DNA of 63,302 nt, filler included, from Octopus bimaculoides (taxonomy: Eukaryota): assembly GCF_001194135.2 (NCBI RefSeq). It is 9 parts of 8 records of this genome, joined end to end, with 100 filler letters (N's around TTAATTAATTAA, not from the genome) between each part and the next. Parts side by side here need not be neighbours in the genome. Positions count along the whole stretch, not along the records: positions 43,943 to 51,031 come from NC_068981.1; positions 51,132 to 58,129 come from NC_068987.1; positions 58,230 to 62,057 come from NC_068991.1; positions 62,158 to 63,302 come from NW_026423950.1; 5 more parts are not named here. One strand, 5' to 3'. Of this stretch, positions 48,891 to 63,302 are shown in pieces (positions within the stretch are counted from its first letter, which is position 1; every line of letters starts with the position of its first letter). The position numbers and the translations under genes are program-made. The notes beneath the pieces are model-generated. The model was not told where the DNA came from and did not search any database. It worked only from the letters and a program-made list of their open reading frames with translations.

Positions 48891-51800
48891 GCAGTGGTTT
48901 CAAATTAACGCACACCATGGCTTATAGTAAATGTAAGCGGTTTCCCTATGATGTGGAGATAAAGTGTGAATTTTTGCTGAAAAAAAAAACCACTACAAAA
49001 GGCAGGTGCAGAGAATAAATATATTATTGCTAAATTAAATAGCATTTCCTCAGAAAAACATAAAAGGGGTGATGTAATAGGGAATAAGTAATAAAGGTAC
49101 AACCGTCCCACGTGGCGAGTAGAATGGGGAGTCACTATAAGTAAGGTAACGTCGTTCTCAATTGAGGGAATACATAGAGTATGTGAGTACCTGTAGACTG
49201 TGTTTATAGTGCGTGCGAGTGAGACAGAGAGAGAGATAGAAAGAAAGAGAGCTTGCCTGCGCGAGTATTGACTACATCAAATTCGTTTATCCATTCCATA
49301 ATGTACCAATTAAGAATCTTTTGGAAAAACACTGTAAAAATATAAGAAAATAAGTTTTGAAATCTTCGGGATTCTTATTAATATATCACCTAATTCTATT
49401 GACGTCAGCTTACAGTAATTGCTTTCATATAACTACTGTTTTTCACAACTATTCGCAAGATATTAATTTACATGAGGCCTTATAAAATTTGTAGCGAATG
49501 AAAAAGAGATATTTATATTGTTGTTTCCACAATTGTCGGTAAGCCTCAGAAATTTTCTGAAACAGTAGGAATATTATGATACATATTGCAATCATTACTC
49601 TCATGTATTTTTGTTAAAACTACCATGTTTCACTCCATTAAATGTATACAATGTATTCTAAAGGAACGTGTTTTTGCTTCGGTGGCAATCGATCAGGGAT
49701 TAGTGTTCCATATCTCTTTGCCACGTATGGTTTTCTTAATGGTAGTACCGTTATCAAATAGGGCAAACTGGTATTGCAACGGTGATAAACATACATCGAT
49801 AATATTAATTTCCTTTTATATTTTATAGTGTTTAATAAATGCATTCCTGCAAAAGTAGTAAGACACATATATCTAGACCATGAATAGAAAATTAATAACA
49901 ATATTTCTCTATGGAAAATTCACAGGGAAATAATTCGTCAGAGCGATATATAAATTCGTCAGAACATGCATAGGTATTTACTCAAGGAATCTATCACGAA
50001 AGCAAACTAAAGCGTTAAGTATCTAATTAGATAATTACTAGCGTTAAGAAATAGATGAAATTGAAATCAATGCCAGTGAATCTTGTTTTTATGCGTGTAT
50101 GTGTAATAGAGTGTTTGTGGTTGCATATACAAATATTCATATCATACATACGTACATGCATATACATTTATATATATATATANNNNNNNNNNNNNNNNNN
50201 NNNNNNNNNNNNNNNNNNNNNNNNNNNNNNNNNNNNNNNNNNNNNNNNNNNNNNNNNNNNNNNNNNNNNNNNNNNNNNNNNNNNNNNNNNNNNNNNNNNN
50301 NNNNNNNNNNNNNNNNNNNNNNNNNNNNNNNNNNNNNNNNNNNNNNNNNNNNNNNNNNNNNNNNNNNNNNNNNNNNNNNNNNNNNNNNNNNNNNNNNNNN
50401 NNNNNNNNNNNNNNNNNNNNNNNNNNNNNNNNNNNNNNNNNNNNNNNNNNNNNNNNNNNNNNNNNNNNNNNNNNNNNNNNNNNNNNNNNNNNNNNNNNNN
50501 NNNNNNNNNNNNNNNNNNNNNNNNNNNNNNNNNNNNNNNNNNNNNNNNNNNNNNNNNNNNNNNNNNNNNNNNNNNNNNNNNNNNNNNNNNNNNNNNNNNN
50601 NNNNNNNNNNNNNNNNNNNNNNNNNNNNNNNNNNNNNNNNNNNNNNNNNNNNNNNNNNNNNGGAGCAAAAAAAATTGAATAGTGTTCAGTCAACGGTCAA
50701 TCATAATAATGGCCGATCATAACAATGGCTGACCGGAAGTTAGACATTCTTTTTTCAGGAGAGCTAAGAAAGGGGGAGATAACAAACGGTGATCGGGAAC
50801 GAGCGGCTGTGTGTGGGAGGTAGAATGCTGGTGATTTTGACGCATGTAGTGTGAAAATGGGGAAGGGAGTAAGGGAGAAAGTAGTTGGTCAGTTGTAGTG
50901 TGTGCGTGGTGTGATGCGAGGGTATTGGTGCGGTGTGATGAGAGGGTGTTGGGAGGTGGGGAAGGCATGGGTGGAGTGTGGGTCAGGCTGAGGGTTAGTA
51001 ACCCGTGCTCTTATCGACTATGCTATATGCTNNNNNNNNNNNNNNNNNNNNNNNNNNNNNNNNNNNNNNNNNNNNTTAATTAATTAANNNNNNNNNNNNN
51101 NNNNNNNNNNNNNNNNNNNNNNNNNNNNNNNATATATAAACTTGTTACGACTTCAAATTAGTTTGAGGCATATTCGAAACCGTAACAGTACCATTCACTC
51201 ATTTGCCATGGAGACGTTTTGTCTAAATCATATTTGAACTGGCAAAACGTTTGTATTAATACGCATTAATGCGTTGTGCTACGATTCGGTATATTGTGGT
51301 TGTTTGTTCCTTCTCGAGCCATGCCTGGTTCCTAATGGCCAGTTTCCTGACTTCATTGGCATATAGGTTCCCCACACGGACGGGATGCCGGTCCGTCGCA
51401 GCTGAGCTGCTAGAATGCAAGAGGAAAGAGGAAGTGAAAGTTGTAACGAAAGAGTCAGCGGAAGCTTGCGACTACTTTCTGCTGGAGCCGTGTGGAGCTT
51501 AGATGTTCCGTATACATTATATATATTCGTTTTTATCCTTTTGTTGTTTTACTTGTTTCAGTCATCTGACAGCGGCCATGCTGGAGCACCGACTTTAGTC
51601 GAACAAATCGACCCCAAGACTTATTCTTTGTAAGCCTAGTACTTATTCTATGCACCACTTTTGCTGAACCAGTAAGTTACGGGGCCGTAAACACACCAAC
51701 ATCGGTTGTCAAGCGATGGCGGAGAGACAAACACAGACACATAAATATATACTTACATACATACATACATCTATATGTGTGCGTGTGTGTGTGTGTGTGT

Positions 51801-52067
51801 GTTTGTGTATACGACGAGCTTCTTCCATTTCCGTCTACCAAATCCAGTCACAAATCTTTGGTCGGCCCGAGGCTATAGTAGTAGATATATATCTATATAT
51901 CTTTATATCTATATACACACACATACACATACACAGACACACGCTCAGATATATATATATATATATANNNNNNNNNNNNNNNNNNNNNNNNNNNNNNNNN
52001 NNNNNNNNNNNNNNNNNNNNNNNNNNNNNNNNNNNNNNNNNNNNNNNNNNNNNNNNNNNNNNNNNNN

Positions 52068-52191
<124 letters not shown>

Positions 52192-52769
52192 GTACGTAGA
52201 TCGATAGATACATGGACACACGCACATACGGTTGTACATATTCATACATACGTACATACGCAATACACAGGGGAATAGATATCAAGTAGAAAGAAAACCA
52301 ATGAGGTATGTATGCAGTAGTTGCGCATATAATCATATCTACAGACAAGTTTGACCAATGCAACTCTCCAATGAGTAGAATGACTTCGTGCAGTAGCAGT
52401 ACGTCCAATAGTTCGTAATAGGTTCTCTATAATTCCCTTTGCACAGTTAAAATTACGATAATAAATCGGTTTCTCTTGGAGAAAACCTTACCAGGTTAAT
52501 GGTATCAAGTTAGTGTGTTACTGCTTGTCTGTCATGTGCGCTCGCTCGCTCGCTCGTCCCAGAAATCACGCACATGAAATATAGTCGCGCATTTCTATTA
52601 CACCGCGGTAATAAACATATAATGACTGCGGGACAGGAATAATGAGGTGAATATAAACTTGGGTTATTGAGAAAATGCCAGTTTCCATTGGATGAAGTTG
52701 ATGTGTGCGTATGTGTGTGTATGTGTGTGTGTGTGTGTGTATACTTTTAAATTTATATATGGTTTGAAC

Positions 52770-53400
52770 TTCCACAAATATCTACTAGAAAACTGGAAAC
52801 ATTACTTAGGTGACTGCCTAATCTTATGGGCGTACACATTTGAACAAGTTATAGATTTTCAAAATCTAATCAACAGCATAAACAATAATATTAACTTCAC
52901 TATGAAATACATTAAAACTCATCTACCGTTACTGGACATACTAATCATCAAACGAGATAAAATCATTGAAACAGATATTCTCTGCAAATAAACAGATTCT
53001 AAACAATATTTACTGTTCTCGCGCCATTCGAAACACATGAAGAACAATATCCCTTTCAATCTAGAGAGAAGAATTTTCACAATTGACTCAAACCTTGAAA
53101 CTCACAATAAAAGACTCCAGGAACTAAAACAAGTACTACTTAAAGGACAATATCCATTAATGTTAATAGACAACGGAATAGAACATGCCAAAACAATAAA
53201 TATTGAAGAACGACGAAAAACGAAAAACGCTCAAGATACATTCTGCCCTTTATTACAACACATAACCCAAGAAACACAGAGACTTATAATATTGTCCACC
53301 AGAACATCCCACTACTAAAACAAGACCCAAGAATGAAACAAGCATTTGAAATGCACGAAATAATCAACGTTAAAAGACCCTAAGAAAATTCCTCACAAGT
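52770..53400 (+). mobile_element. Penelope-like RT C-terminal fragment
   Basis: INSINNNINFTM..LPLLDILIIK..TDSKQYLLF..KNNIPFNLERRIFTI..RLQELKQVLLK.QYP..I.NGI, with stops and frameshifts. Confidence 0.85.
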
Positions 53401-53475
53401 GCTAAATTTCGCTCCACAAATTCTACACGAACAGTCAAAAACTGTGGCCGCTCCAATTGCGGAACCTGCATGTAT

Positions 53476-53511
<36 letters not shown>

Positions 53512-53678
53512 AAATAAGCAACAAGGATATCCAAAGTTAATGCTGTACGATTGTTTCATGAAACTCCGTTTATTTAAGCAATGTAAACATTACATCACAT
53601 TTAAAATGCAGAGCAATTCTGCCAGCCTGCCGCCTTTATAACAACAACAGCAACAATACTACTACTACCACCACCACC

Positions 53679-53754
<76 letters not shown>

Positions 53755-54982
53755 GTGGTGGTCTCAAATTTACGTACAAGGCCAACAATTCTGGGGACCG
53801 GCATACATCGGTTACATCGACCCCAACCATGTAACTGGTACTCATTTTACCGATCCCGAAATGATGAAAGCAACACTGACCTCATAATAATAATAAGAAG
53901 AATGATGTAGTGTTTTATTTGTAAATAAATCGGATCATATGTGCAACAAACCGATCAACGACGAAGCGTTTCCATCATGGAGAGGTAGTTGCTATGTGTG
54001 TATGCCAATTGTTTACCAAGTATTTTAAAATAATATTATCAATTTGAGAAAGTAATTTTCTGCCACATCTTTATTCGTCTTCCGTTTTTAATCTTTGCGA
54101 GTCTCTACAAAGTTGCATGTCTTACTCTATATCAGTAGTTATACACATCACAAAACTGATTCCAACAAATAGAAACATTTTAAAGATTCAGCTAGTTAGA
54201 TCAAATGCTCTCCCGTGTGCTTATTATCTGGCCAATATGAGTGCTATACATTACAGTAAATCATACATATTTAATGGACGATTTGGGTTAATATCGATCA
54301 GTGAATAACATTTTTACTCTCCTTGAACGTGATCAATCCCCAACCACCTACAATATTCAAAAGACCACTAAAGAATTTGTAGAACAAGATATATGCTTCC
54401 GGCGGCAACTGACGTCAGTAGATTGTAAGCCGTAGAGATAGTTCACCTAATTTATGCACCTAAATTCCTCCTACCAAAACGTGTGCATTAACATTTTTCC
54501 TCATCACTTCGGCTATTTTATTGAACATTTGCAATTAGAATACGATTTTAAAGATATCTTTTGCATACTTTATGTTTGTGGTGTGCCAAGCTACAATAGG
54601 TAAGGGTCAGAATGATATAAAGTACATTATCTCGTTTCTCTACATTCTAACTTCAAATATAGCTTAGGGCAATTTATATATCAGTTGCTTCTGTTTTTGT
54701 TTGTGGCAATACATTACTATACATATGTACTAGTTTTCTAACAATGTCAGGTGTCGATGTTTACCAGACAAGTAGAAACTACTTTTCTTGTAACATTGCA
54801 ACCAGCTAGAAAATGATTATCTCTCTCCTTACTAGGCCTCAAATATCTTTAGCGAAAGATGAATTGTTGTGATGCACACATTTACACAAGTTGCTTGGCG
54901 CTCTACATGAATTCATGTTTGTATATGCTACAGGAGATTTCACTACAGCTAATAACCGGAGCAAACAAGGTTACTGCCAGGA

Positions 54983-54990
54983 ATCGAACC

Positions 54991-55066
<76 letters not shown>

Positions 55067-55170
55067 TAATAATAATAATAATAAAAATAACAATAATAAT
55101 AATAACAATAATAATAATAATAACAACAATAATAATAATGATAACAATAATAATGATAATAACAACAACA
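54983..55170 (+). repeat. (AAT/AAC)n microsatellite
   Basis: Read directly; it generates the poly-N and poly-I ORFs. Confidence 0.95.
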
Positions 55171-55216
55171 TCAAAAAATACCTTAGGAATGAGAACCCAA
55201 GTTCAAAATTTCCCCA

Positions 55217-55260
55217 AGGCACCTGATGAACGCTGGAGAGTATATCAGCCGAAACGTGTT
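55217..55260 (+). ncRNA. Degenerate hammerhead-like motif
   Basis: GGCAC-CTGATGA-A-cGCTG..CAGCc-GAAAC-GTGTT. The canonical core is present but no NUH triplet separates GAAAC from stem I, so it is probably inactive. Confidence 0.3.
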
Positions 55261-56300
55261 AACAACAAACAAGATGAGGATAAATATCCCTCAAATGTAA
55301 ATAATGTAAATAATGTACATAATTCCTAATCTCTTAAATATCGAACATATCCGGAAGGATTCTAAAACGCATTATTAGTATTATTAGTCGTTAATTAAGA
55401 TAATTATATTCTTAATGCGTATTTAATTTTTATCTAATGATTTTATGTATCAAGTATAAAATATTCTTTTCTATTCTAGGCACAGGGCCCAAAAGTTTTG
55501 TGGAAGTGGCCAGTCGATTAGATCAACCCCAGTGCGCAACTGCTACTTAATTTATCACCCCCACCCGAAAGGATGAAAGGCAAATTTGTCATCGGCGGAA
55601 TTTGAACTTAGAACTATCAAGTATAAAATATTGTCACGCCTACCGCTGCTTATAATTTTCAAGCACAGAAAGATAAAATGTGAATGCGATAACGGTTGGA
55701 TTTGAACCCAGATCTAAATATTGCGAGACATTTTCTTTTGCTCACTATCGATTATACATATCACTGTCATATCACAGGATAATGATCTGATATTTATAAA
55801 AATATTTAAATCACTCGGGGAAGAATGCAGAAGATTGTATCAACACAAATATGTTATTGGTACGTTCTCTTCAATGCTCAGGGGAGGGAATACCAAGTTA
55901 AGTGAAATGATATGAGTGAAGTAGATAAAAAGAGACGAAATATAAGCAAGGAGGGTGTTATGTCGAATACTCAATCATTTCCGCTACAGTTTCTTAAGAA
56001 CATGTTGATAGCAACTAAAATAAAATAACTTCCCCATCGACACAATATTATACATAATAAATGAATACCTGGCAAAAACTCATTCACAATAGGAACTAAA
56101 TTACTGCCATATAAAGTGCTGCTGATCATGTTTCCCTAGATATTATTCCAAACATTGAAATCTTGCCATCGAAATTTATTAATATACAGATATATAATCT
56201 ATTCCCAATGCAAATATTTTGTGTCATTCAATTTGGTTGCTGTTTCATACATTATATCTTCCCCTGCTCTCAGTTTCAATATATCTATGAAAATCCCCCT

Positions 56301-56354
<54 letters not shown>

Positions 56355-56357
<3 letters not shown>

Positions 56358-56950
56358 GGAAAATGTACATCAATGACTTACTTGACATTGCATACAATAA
56401 TACCCTAATTTATGCCGATGACGTAAACCTTGGATAAGCCTCATCTTCTTCGAATATCCACCATCAACACGAAACGTGGCATCACATGACAAACCTGATT
56501 CAATTCCACGAAGGCAAATCTTGGGAGCATCCTTCAGTAGTAAGTGAATATTCTCATTTCACAGCACATAAAAAAAAAATATCTCAACTCCACTTCAGCG
56601 GGGCCATGCCTATCTTGTCAATTTGAAAAGAAAAGCATCAACCAATCAAAAAGCAAAAAAATTAATCCTCTCACCAACTAAACATGAGAAGTATTCAACT
56701 AGAGCCGAGATGGAAGACTACAATATTTCCAAGATTCTCTCATGAAAAAAATCATGTCCTTTGGATACTTAGAACTGCAACACAAAGCCTGAAATTTCTC
56801 TTCAAGGCCAGAAAATATTTCAGCTAACAACTGAAATACTTTCAAGTATTTCTTGAAATATATTCATCCCATATTTGGGATGGTGCTAATGCTTTTCACG
56901 CAGAGATCGAGAATAACTTCCAGACGGTGGTCACTCATCAGATTGCAATT
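56355..56950 (+). mobile_element. CR1/L2-like RT relic
   Basis: MYINDLLDIAYNNTLIYADDVNL (YADD motif), followed by decayed sequence. Confidence 0.5.
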
Positions 56951-57404
56951 GAGTCACAACTAAGGCACAAAATTCGGTGTCAGGCACACAGGTGTCGTTT
57001 CTTCTCTTGCTGTATTTTCAGTTGCTATTTTATGATCCTTTATTCCTCAGTTTGATGAATCCACCTCTTACAGAAGATCCCAAAAGTATATTATATGTGT
57101 GCGTGTGTGTTATCATGTGTGTATGCATGTAAGTATGTGTGTATACTTATATATGTATTTGTATGTGTGTGTGCGCGTGTGTGTATCTGTCTGTCTGTAA
57201 GAGTGCAAGCATATACATATACGACAGGCTCCTTTCAATTTCGGTCTACCAGATCCATTCACATGGCTTATGTGGACCCAGAGATATAATAGAAGACACT
57301 CGGCCAACGTGCCACGCAGCAGGACAGAACACGAAACAAGGTGGTTGAGATGCAAACTATTTGCAATACATACATATTCCTGCATTTGTATATGTATATA
57401 TTTC

Positions 57405-57795
57405 TTTTATTCTTTTACTCGTTTCAGTCATTTGACTGCGACCATGCTGGAGCACCGCCTTTAGTCGAGCAAACCAACCCCAGGACTCATTTTTTGTAAG
57501 CCTAGCACTTATGCTATCGATCTCCTTTGCCGATCCGCTAATTTACAGAAACGTAAACACACCAGCATCGATTGTTAAGCAATGTTGGGAGGACAAACAC
57601 AGACACACAAACATATACACACACATATACGACGGGCTTCTTTTATTTTCCGTCTATCAAATCCAGTCGCAAGACTTTGGACGGCCCGAGGCTATAGTAG
57701 AAGACGCTTGCCCAGGGTGCCACAAAGTGGGAGTGAACCCGGGACCATGTGGTTGGTAAGCAAACTACTTACCACACAGCCACTCCTGCGCCTGT
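57405..57795 (-). mobile_element. SINE family B, full length
   Basis: Head AGGCGCAGGAGTGGCTGTGTGGTAAG and standard tail. Confidence 0.9.
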
Positions 57796-58097
57796 GTATA
57801 TATTTCTTATACATACGCATGAATAAATTTGCGGCAATTTTTACTATTACCAAAAGTGCTTCAAGCATAGTAGCAGGATATAAGTAGATTGATTTGAATA
57901 TTGCGTAAAACGAAAAGGTAAAAGAATATGTTATATTTTTCTTTTTCTATATTCATTTTTATTTTTGATCGATATGCTGAAGGCTGCAAAGAATTTGGTT
58001 ATTAAACCGTTGAAATATGAATAGTAATAAAGCTTGGAGGATATATATATGCAGAATGTATTATAATATGCTACAGACAAATACCTATAGAAGATAG

Positions 58098-58129
<32 letters not shown>

Positions 58130-58286
58130 NNNNNNNNNNNNNNNNNNNNNNNNNNNNNNNNNNNNNNNNNNNNTTAATTAATTAANNNNNNNNNNNNNNN
58201 NNNNNNNNNNNNNNNNNNNNNNNNNNNNNGAATGAATATGACAGACAGAAACTGGAAGAAGCCCATATATATATATATATATATAT

Positions 58287-58324
<38 letters not shown>

Positions 58325-59507
58325 TGTTTGACGTCCGTTTTCCATGCTAGCATGGTTTGGACGATTTCACTGAGGGCTGGCGAACCAGATGGCTACACCA
58401 GGCTCCAATCTGATTTGGCAGAGTTTCTACAGCTGGATGCCCTTCCTAACGCCAACCACTCCGAGAGTGTTGTGGATGCTTTTACGTGCACAAGTCAGGT
58501 TTGGCTGCTTTTCTAAATAATGGAACTGCTTTTTCCTACTATTTATATTATTTGATTCTGATTATTTCTCATGACTCTTTATTTTTTCTTGAGTCTCTTT
58601 TATTTGTCAAATGGGAAATTTTCCGTATGTTTATAAAAGCTAGAAAATTTCACTTTATACATTAATTACCATTTGGGTCCATTGGACCCTTGAATTAAAG
58701 TCAGACAATACTCGTGTCATTCTAAACAGAATAAAGGCAGTATAAAATATTATTTTCCTAGATATTTATCAGATATAAAATAGATAAAATTGTATTCTAA
58801 TTATCTGCTGAATTTTAGATAAAATAGGAAAAATTATGAAAATATTCCTGTAAGTTTGAAAAAATATATGAATAAATTCTTTCTCCAATTTGATTAAATT
58901 AAATCAAATTTGATTGAATTAGTATGTTTGGGGTCGTCTGTAAAATACAGGCGTGATTTCCGTAATTTTTAGAAAACCGTATTATGGGTTTCGCATGAAG
59001 GTAGGCTTGAGAATTGATAGCTCGTATGATATTGGCTCCTTTAGAGAACCACATGCATCACAGCGTTCCTTTCATCACTGCCAAACTTAACTCAAATTCT
59101 AGTGATGTAGGAAACAACTATTTGTTCAGTGTGTGTGATGTATTAGTTTTAAAAGTGCAAACATATGAACAAACGTTATGCCAAATTAAGCTATCAACAT
59201 GTTGTATGTATAATTACCTTGAGAGTTCATTGAAAATCATGATATTGTTAGGGAAATGGTTTGGCAACAGACACTGTAGCAGATATGATTTATTCTTCAA
59301 AACGAAAGTTTACAGCAATTGAATATGAATACACTAATACTGTTGCATCATAAAATGGTAAACATTTCACTCGGTCTTCTTTTAATTCTATTTCGATTTT
59401 CAATCTCAGGTTCTTGAGAGTAGTGGCTTCCAAACTTACTTTGTTGTGGAATCCTTATACAATATTCCAAAAATCGTGGAACCCATTGTTTTATTGAACT
59501 CTTTATT

Positions 59508-59898
59508 AGGCAGTGAGTAAAAAAGGGAAGACAACATGAGAGGGGCGATGTTGTTTTAGTTTAACGCTTAAAAAGTAGGGAAAGAGTCTTGACGTTTCGG
59601 ACGTTGATCCTTCATCGGAAAAAAAGGAATAAGAAAATATAAAGGAGAAAAATGGTTGGAAAACCAAAGAGAATGCGGTTCTATGGGAGACGTTGGAAAG
59701 GGTGAAGGAGGCGGGGTGGTATGTGCATGTGTAGTAGGGTATACAGATAGGCATAAGGGAGGTCTGTGTGTGTGTGGTGGTATGGAGTATATCCATACCT
59801 TCGGCTGCCGTCAAAATACTGAAATGTTTAAAAAAAGAAACAAGTGTTACTCTTATACTTTTACTGGCCATGCTAGGACTTTGCTTTCGGAGTTCTCT
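59508..59898 (-). mobile_element. Penelope-like short element
   Basis: Flanked by similar TTTTATTGAACT(C/TT)TTTATT sequences (59489-59507 and 59899-59918). It carries a hammerhead-like motif. Confidence 0.45.
59587..59622 (-). ncRNA. Candidate minimal type I hammerhead ribozyme (CCGATGA core variant)
   Basis: TTTT-CCGATGA-A-GGA(TCAACG)TCC-GAAAC-GTC-AAGA; GUC cleavage triplet. Confidence 0.45.
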
Positions 59899-61995
59899 TT
59901 TTATTGAACTTTTTTATTATCGAATGGTTAAGTTTTATTAGAGTTACTTCTCTACCTTTTCTGAACTTAAGCACAACAATAACCAAATAGACACTTCCAT
60001 GCTGTAGCAGTTTTCCCATTTTCTTAATCCTTGGTGCTTTGATGTTTCACAGCCGACTCAATCCTTGAACATAGTTTCTATATACTCAGCTGATAAAGTG
60101 AACTCGAACTTATGACCTTTAGTTTTTCAATCCGACATTGTACCACACTCACCATTTGCGTGCACCGTTCGGGAAATGACAGAAACTGTTGATTGCTAGC
60201 GAGAATTTATTTGTAGGTGATAATATGAAGTATTTCTGGACCTAATTGTGATTCTCTGTTTGTTTGCGAGTTAGTTACACAGACACACACTTACGCCCAT
60301 GCACATGCACACATATACAGGAGGTGATCGAAAATGTTATGATTCATTTCATTTCGTTTTCAACAGTAAGGCCTCTTTATTATATTAGTACATGATAGTG
60401 CCTCGGCTTTGATATTTAGACTCGAGTATCAGCAGAGGAGAAGAAGAGAAACGTATTATAAGGGAGAGTGAGCGGCAAATGAGAAAGACAAAAATGTCGG
60501 TTGTTGTTTTGGAAGGCAGTTGATAAGCGCATTGTTTTAAGATTAGTAGCATTGCTAGCTTGAAGTGTGTCGGGGGGAAAGTAATGCGTACGAGAAACAA
60601 CATTTGTAAACATCTAATGAGTAAATAATTGAGATAGAAATGGAGTGGAAGAATAATGAAAATAAATAAATTGAGAGTAAATTGTATTAACAAGAGTATA
60701 ATAATGATTTTCTGATGTTGGCACAATTGCATCTCTACTCTGACGAGAGTGTGGGAGTTGAAAAACATCGTTAAACAGAAATTATTTAAATTAGTAAACA
60801 AATGCTCCCTCTTGTGAGAGTATTTAAAATCTAAGAACAACAACCAGCGGAGATAACTAGAATAAAATTAGTTCATTGAAATGTTTGGATAATAGAGACA
60901 ATAAAAGAAAGTAACAGAGGAACTGTATTTTCAAGCATATAGAACGCAACCTTGTATAAGACTCCCTCCTGCTTTACGAATGTATTTGTGCAAAACACAG
61001 GAACTCAGTAAGCTTCAAACATTTATTAAAAGATATTTTTAAGTGATTTTTAGGTGAAACTGTATGGTTCTGTACATGCAAATACACTGCTGTGACAGTG
61101 TACTGGCATAAAATAAGAAGCCATGAATTTATCATAAATAAACTATGTTAAAGTAGTACCGTATTTCAACTTAATATTCTTTCAGATCAGCTATAGTATT
61201 GTTTTATATTTTGGTCGAAAGAATTGCCATACAGGATGTAAAACATATTTCTAGCTATGATGTTTTATGAAACTGCGATCATCCACCAGGGTGGTTCACC
61301 ACAGCTATGATTTTGTTGTCATCCACTCATTGCAAATGGCTGATGAAAGTTTGCTAACATTCCTTTCATCTTTCTAAGAAAATTCTTCTTTCAGACAAAT
61401 TTTTGTTTCAATGTTTCTTAAAGGTAACGAGTTATTAAATAATGTCAGACATTATCAAGTATGGATTATATATTCTAAGGAAGGAGATAGGATGAGATGG
61501 TGTGACCTCTCCACACAACTCCTGACGTACTGTAAGAAATTTTTCGTAAGGCTGTGCTAACAGACTAATATTTTGGCTTATGCTCAGCATTTTATTATTA
61601 ATAACAATTATTGTACCTTGCGGACTTCTGCTCATCTGACACTGTTCCGGTGATCGTGTCAGCAGGGACACTCGTCGTCAGAACCGACAGAGTGCTCTTT
61701 TTAGATACAGGATATATTTCCCCAGATGTTCATGTCTCATGAATGATACACGCGTGACATTTCCCTGACGCCAATGTATCATAAATTATAGTTACACCCT
61801 TTTTTTTTAACCAGCAGAATAACTTGGGAGTTATGAAAGAAAACTTTATATTAGTAAAAACGTACAAAACAAGGGTTAACTAAAAATCTGAGAACAAGCT
61901 TGGGTGCTTAGGACAAACTTATGAAAATGCTTTAGACAGACAAAGGGTTAAGAGAAAGAAGGCATTGCAGTTTACATGCAATAAGATGTTTATAT

Positions 61996-62057
<62 letters not shown>

Positions 62058-62684
62058 NNNNNNNNNNNNNNNNNNNNNNNNNNNNNNNNNNNNNNNNNNN
62101 NTTAATTAATTAANNNNNNNNNNNNNNNNNNNNNNNNNNNNNNNNNNNNNNNNNNNNATAATAACAACAACAATAATAATAACAAGCCGTATATGTCTTA
62201 ACCTATACTTCATGTGAAACCTAAAATTCGTCTAGCAAGAAACGAAAGGTCGACGAAGTGCGAAACATCAAGTGTATAGGCTCTGCCGAATTAAAATTCA
62301 AAGAAAAAACAAAAACATCGACAAACAAAAACTAACAACGAAAACAAGAAATCTATTAACCTATAAACTTAATACTAATGCCCTGATTCCCGAAAATATT
62401 TGCGGTTCTTGGTATCCGTTTTTGGTACTTTAACCCTATCGTCATTTACAATCTGCTCTGCAGGATTACTCGGAATATAAGATTACAAGTGATATTATGT
62501 AACATATCAGAGCAGCAGAATTTAAGAAAGGACAGCTTGTTAAAAAGAAACACATACTAAGAATGGTGTCTACCCACGGTATGGCCTTCGCTTACCCTCT
62601 CTGCAATGCCTGGGTCAGTATCTATTGTGTGTCCTCATGTATATGAATATATGTATATATATGTATATATAGATATGTGCGTGT

Positions 62685-62740
<56 letters not shown>

Positions 62741-63114
62741 ATTCTTTTACTCTTTTATTTGTTTCAGTCATTTGACTGCAGCCATGCTGGAGCACTACCT
62801 TTAGTCGAACAGAGGCTGAACGATCAAAGGTGTGGGGAATATAGAAATAAGTCTTTACATAAATTTATATGTTATGAATAAATCGTTACAGCTGTTTCGA
62901 AGTTTGTATAGTAGATATTACCGTGCACATCATACAATCGAACGCAATATTCTATCGATTTATTTAACCGAAGGGATATAAAACGGAAACTCCAATAAAT
63001 CAGCAGGTGATGTTTGCGTGCAAATACAAGGACAAAAGTACACAAACACACACACACACATAGACACACACATAAACGCATATGTGTATATATCCACGTA
63101 TGTACGTATGTATG

Positions 63115-63145
<31 letters not shown>

Positions 63146-63302
63146 TTGAATATGTACACATATAAACATATAGATATGTATAGGCGTCAGCGAGGTTGTG
63201 TCATAAGAAGGTGGCTTCCCAAAGACATGGTTCGGGTTCAATTCAAATCTCTTCTATTATAGCCTCATGCCGAAAAAAGCCTTCTGAGTGGATTTTATAA
63301 AC

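Noticed and set aside
60385-60843. 152-aa hydrophobic minus-strand ORF
   Set aside because: The T-rich strand is depleted of stops, and there is no motif or splice support.
61617-61733. Possible first exon MNIWEIYPVSKK..QKSA (minus), or CUB-like DFCSS..LVVRTD (plus)
   Set aside because: There is no signal peptide or homology on the minus strand. The plus frame has an upstream stop and no acceptor, and the CUB resemblance needs gaps.

Overview
Repeat-dense, AT-rich eukaryotic draft-genome window. The SINE families and microsatellites point to an octopod cephalopod, probably Octopus (inference). There are no prokaryotic features, rRNA, true tRNA genes or CRISPR arrays. Most of the window is microsatellites, tRNA-derived SINEs, decayed LINEs (R4/Dong-like, RTE, CR1-like), Penelope-like elements, Tc1/mariner relics, MITEs and N gaps. 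The one well-supported host gene is on the minus strand at about 13.8-21 kb and encodes tandem ShKT (ShK toxin-like, six-Cys) domains. Three paralogous 141-nt phase 1-1 exons (19366-19226, 18010-17870, 17185-17045) lie in duplicated intron-exon cassettes. A fourth, more divergent ShKT exon (15656-15539) is absent from the ORF track. The four exons splice in frame. A fifth copy probably lies in the 374-N gap at 19868-20241. By hand count the exons differ from each other about 2-3 times more than the co-duplicated intron does, a pattern seen in toxin and defence genes. The N-terminus of the gene could not be identified with confidence.
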